NCBI RefSeq assembly: GCF_009914755.1
Contig: NC_060933.1
Strand: one strand, 5' to 3'
Source of the DNA: the human T2T-CHM13v2.0 reference genome, Homo sapiens
DNA: 64,000 nucleotides
Positions 59,500 through 64,000 of the stretch are shown one piece after another. The translations under genes were made by a program, and so were the position numbers. The notes under the pieces were generated by a model. It had not been told where the DNA came from. It saw nothing but the letters and a program-made list of their open reading frames with translations, and did no database searches. Within the stretch, counting starts at the first letter, position 1; each line of letters opens with the position of its first letter.

Positions 59500-62005
59500 G
59501 CAGTTGAAAGTTCTGGTGTGTCATGTACTAGAAACAGGGAGAGGAAGAGGTAGACTGAGACTTATCGAAGTTGCAACACATTCTGGACCCAGCTTAATCT
59601 CTGGTTAAATTGAGGTGAGCATCCTGCATTATATTTACTTAACAGAAGAGAGGCAAATCCTCTCTGCTGAAAGAAAACGTTATACGGATTCTGTTTCTTT
59701 TATACACAATGCCTAAAATAAAAATATTACTAGACATACAAAAATACATGACCATATGACTAATAACCAAGAGGAATAAAAAAATACAAGCAGACCAACA
59801 GATAATCCATACCACTGATAATCAAGACCAAAAAGATAGTTAAGATTAGCAGACATGGATTTTAAGGTAACTATGACTAATATGTTAAAAATAATAGAGA
59901 AAACATGAGGAACAAATGAAAAGATAAAAATAAAGCTAACGAGAAAAGGCTAAAGAAAAAAACTTAAATATAAGAAAAAGCAAGCAAAATGAAGGAGAAA
60001 TTAAGGGGCTCAGACATACAATTAATAGAAACTCTAGCAAAGGAATATAAAGTAAATGACCGAGAAGTCATACTGAAAAGACAAAAATTTAGGATTACCC
60101 AATTTGAACAAAAATGTTTTCAGATTAATAGTCTGACAACAAAAAATAATAATAAATATAATTCTATATCTAGATATTTTGTATCATAAACATGAAGAAT
60201 AAAGAGAAAAATTTTAAAAGCTACTAGGGAAAATGCATTTTGTTAATGAAGAATTGACAAACTAACAGTAGTAAGAGATGTCTGAAATCAATGAAGCCAT
60301 TGTTTCTAAGTGCAGAGAAAAAAATGACAGCTTGAAATTTTATTCTTAGGTACAGTTTTATTTATGAATAAATACACAATAAAGAGATTTTAAGATACTC
60401 AAAAACTAAGATTTAGTAAGTAGAAACATGAATCAAAGATTATCCTTTACAAGAAAATATTGTTCTCATATATACATAGAGCATTAAAAATTAGCATGTA
60501 CAAGGTGACAAAGGATGTTTTAATAATTTTCTTTGAATGTTATGGTGAAAATGATCATCAGTCATAGGCAATTTCAATGAGAGTAAACAAGACAGTTGAA
60601 AACACTCAATATGTTTTAGAAATTAAAAATGGATTCCTAAGTGACTCATAAGTTAATGAGGAAATTACAATAAAAATTTCTAAATATTTATTTACAACCA
60701 TCAAAGCTTATAAGATAAAACTGAAGCAGAGTTTATACGGAAAAAACTTCTAAATAAATACTGACATTTATTTCAAAACTTGGAAAGACAAAATTAATGA
60801 GTCATTGTTCAACTCAGTAAATTAAAAATTTAAATAAAAAACTAAATAATATAGAAAGAATAAAAAAAATTGAAAAAAGAACAGAGATTAATACAAATAG
60901 AAAACAAAAAAATGCCAAAGAATTTATATACCCAAAGCTGTTGCTCTGAAGAATGTTGTTACAAACAAAAAGCACAAATCTTTAAGAATCAACTAACAAA
61001 ATCAAGTAAATGAATATCAAGTTATTTCATTTCAATAATGGCTCCATAAACAAAGTATAACTTTACTTATTGACTAGAAGCAAAAATTTGCAAAGGCCTA
61101 ACTGATGAAGGCTTAGAACATTGAAAAACAAAAACTTTTGTATAAGTAAGAAACTTACTACCAATATTTGGAAGTGATTAAAGATACCATTAAGCAATTC
61201 ACAGAATGGACAAAAATATGAACAAATACTTAACCTGACAGTTAGTCTGAGACATACAAGATGAAACAACTAACAGCTACCATTTCACGCACGACAATGA
61301 CAAAACTTTTTTAAATATGATAAAAACCCCTCCATGAAGGCAGAAATCTTTGATTTTTTCCTTGTTGCATCTTCAGCACACAGAACAGTATTTGTTTCAT
61401 GGGAACACTCAGTAAGTATTAAATGACTGGATAAAATACTCAGTACTGGTAAGCATAGGGAAAACAGACTTCTTATTTATTCTAAGTAGTCTAAAAGAAT
61501 TCAATTACATTAGAGAATAATCTAGTCAAGTTGGAAGGTGTACATGCCTTTCAAGCCAGCTCTTCCACTTCTAGGTGTACACCCCCAGGTAGTCCTCCAC
61601 ATAGGTTAAAGATTGGTTAAATAAGTAGAACATATTCATATTATGGATGTTTTCCATATGGATGCAACAGTAAAGATTAATGAAATAAAGCTTTATGTAA
61701 TAACATAGATTATCATAAGTATAGCAGTACAAATGAAATCTTTGTACGAAAGCATGCTTGGGGATTTTATTTGCCAAGTTTAGGAAAGTAATTGCCTTTG
61801 TCTGGGGCCAATAAGAGATGAGAGTGAATACAGGTCTTCTACTGTACATCATGGACATTTTTGTTGGTTAAAATATCTGTTTTTGTTTGCTTAAAGAAAA
61901 GATCTGAGTCAAAAAAAGTTAAAATTTTCTGAAGTCAAATAGGTAGAAAGGACATGAATTTTCTTTAAATTATCTTTATATTTTCTATATGTTTGAAATA
62001 TTTTA
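59500..62005 (+). mobile_element. Highly decayed old L1M (5'/ORF1, ORF2 and 3' UTR remnants)
   Basis: Strongly A-rich plus strand with L1 landmarks (aaatattactagacatac, ttttaaaagctactaggga, cacagaatggacaaaaatatgaaca, ccacttctaggtgtacacc, tttctatatgtttgaaatatttt); a small L2 end at about 61330-61430. Confidence 0.6.
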
Positions 62006-62352
62006 TAAGCTATTTCATATAAGATAAGATAATTCATATTCTTTTATAAGATAAAAGAATAGAAAAAGATACGGAAGAACAGGATTTTGTCTGCCCCTGA
62101 GCCTGGGCAGTGTCTTTTTCAATTGGGGAGCAATGTGTGCTAAGCAAGAAGAAACTTGAAGTGATATGGGACTAAATGAGTATGGTAGTATAAGGCCCAT
62201 AACCTCAGAGAGCAAGATAAGAATTGTGGTTAATAGTCTATGAAACATCCTGAGCTACCTAGATCAGTATATGAAATGCATATCCATAACAAAGATAGAG
62301 TATATAAAAAGGGTACAGGATCTGGAGAATGAATTGGGGTACCATATATTTT

Positions 62353-62916
<564 letters not shown>

Positions 62917-63149
62917 AGAGACGGAATGATGTCATTAGGACAAAAAAAAATGAGTAGCTTGCTTAGGGCCACACTGAATGCCAAGGACAAATTCGACATA
63001 AACATCCCAGTCTTTTCAAGTCCTTTCTTGTCCACACAAGGAAATCTGTGTATCTGCAACCAAATGAAGATTTAAGCTCTGGCTGGCCTTGGCTCTGCCC
63101 CCATCAAACCAGAGCTCATTGAACTGTTTAATTGTGAATAGCTTCTTTG

Positions 63150-63830
63150 GTTTTTAAACTGGTTAAATATGATGAAAATCTGTGCACAAACTTGCAAATG
63201 AATCAGAGAAAGACAAAGGCCTTTGAAACGGACATTTCGAATGAGCTAAGTAGGCAAAGGAGCCTGCAAGTAATTGTTCATATTTCATAGGGACTTGGCT
63301 TTTCATGAATTCATCTCAGTGTCATCTTTCATACATATTACAGTGTCAGTTCATTAAAATTCTTGATGCAGTGCTGAACCTGGTCAGACTGAAATGGTGC
63401 TGACAAACCTCATGTCTGCCGCACAGATAACCAGGCCTTATGAAGGTGAAATTAGTTTTCAGGAGCTGCACTGCTCACTTGATTGATTCCGTCTTAGAAG
63501 TCATATGACTTAATGTTTCCTGCTTGGGCTGCCTCTGTCATGCAAACATGACCTGATAACACATTGTCAGGAGCGCTCCAGAGAGCTAACAGCAATCTAA
63601 CATCTTTCTACTGAGTGTGAAGTTCCATCTGAAATGTGCATATTTGATAAGCAGCTCGTCTTCTCTCTGTCCCTTTCATTTTCAGAAAGTTAATCTTTCC
63701 TGCTCTAGTGAGTGCACTGGAGGGATGAGGTGGGCAGACGTGCCGCAGGTGGCCTCAAACTCCGGCACCTGGGGACGCTTACTGTGTAGAGGCCAACGTG
63801 TCTGGAATAACTTCCAAGAGGCAGCCAGGC
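63150..63830. promoter_or_regulatory. Candidate enhancer-like unique block
   Basis: No repeat recognised; local CpG retention; TCF/SOX, PBX-HOX, GATA, MEIS and E-box motifs. Motif inspection only. Confidence 0.3.
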
Positions 63831-64000
63831 AAGAAGTGACAATGCAAGTCTGCCATCGTGTTCAGAAGGGCCAGAAATGCCAAGGACTCAGGGGAGGAGA
63901 ATTAAGTCAGAGAGTTTCATTACTGAGTGTTGTTTGACTTTGTTGTCACGGATTCATTTAACCATCTCTCTACCATGGTAAAAATGTGTATCCTATGTCC

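Noticed and set aside
63840-64000. Assigning a chromosome locus or gene name
   Set aside because: I could not recognise the unique sequence reliably; a BLAT search is needed.

Overview
AT-rich, CpG-poor primate genomic DNA, most likely human (AluY, AluS, THE1, L1MA/MB/ME, L2, MIR, MLT1/2, MER20). It reads as intergenic or deep intronic. I see no credible protein-coding gene, tRNA, rRNA, CpG island or CRISPR-like array, and I cannot name the locus. The ORF track is explained by repeats, microsatellites and chance. Roughly half the window is interspersed repeat. The largest element is a near-full-length minus-strand L1MA (about 26856-36665) carrying a complete THE1 provirus (28341-30610), with an AluS directly against its 5' end. 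The most unusual structure is an AluS at 62487-62782 flanked by a 134-bp direct duplication instead of the usual 7-20 bp target-site duplication (TSD). The two copies are more alike than the Alu's age predicts. Other leads are weaker: candidate spliced non-coding exons (best on the minus strand at 45642-46086) and motif-dense unique blocks that may be developmental enhancers (about 40.4-40.8k, 43.0k, 48.4-48.7k, 63.1-63.8k). I found no support for a new multi-gene system. Subfamily calls come from remembered consensus sequences and boundaries of old repeats are approximate, so both need RepeatMasker/Dfam confirmation.
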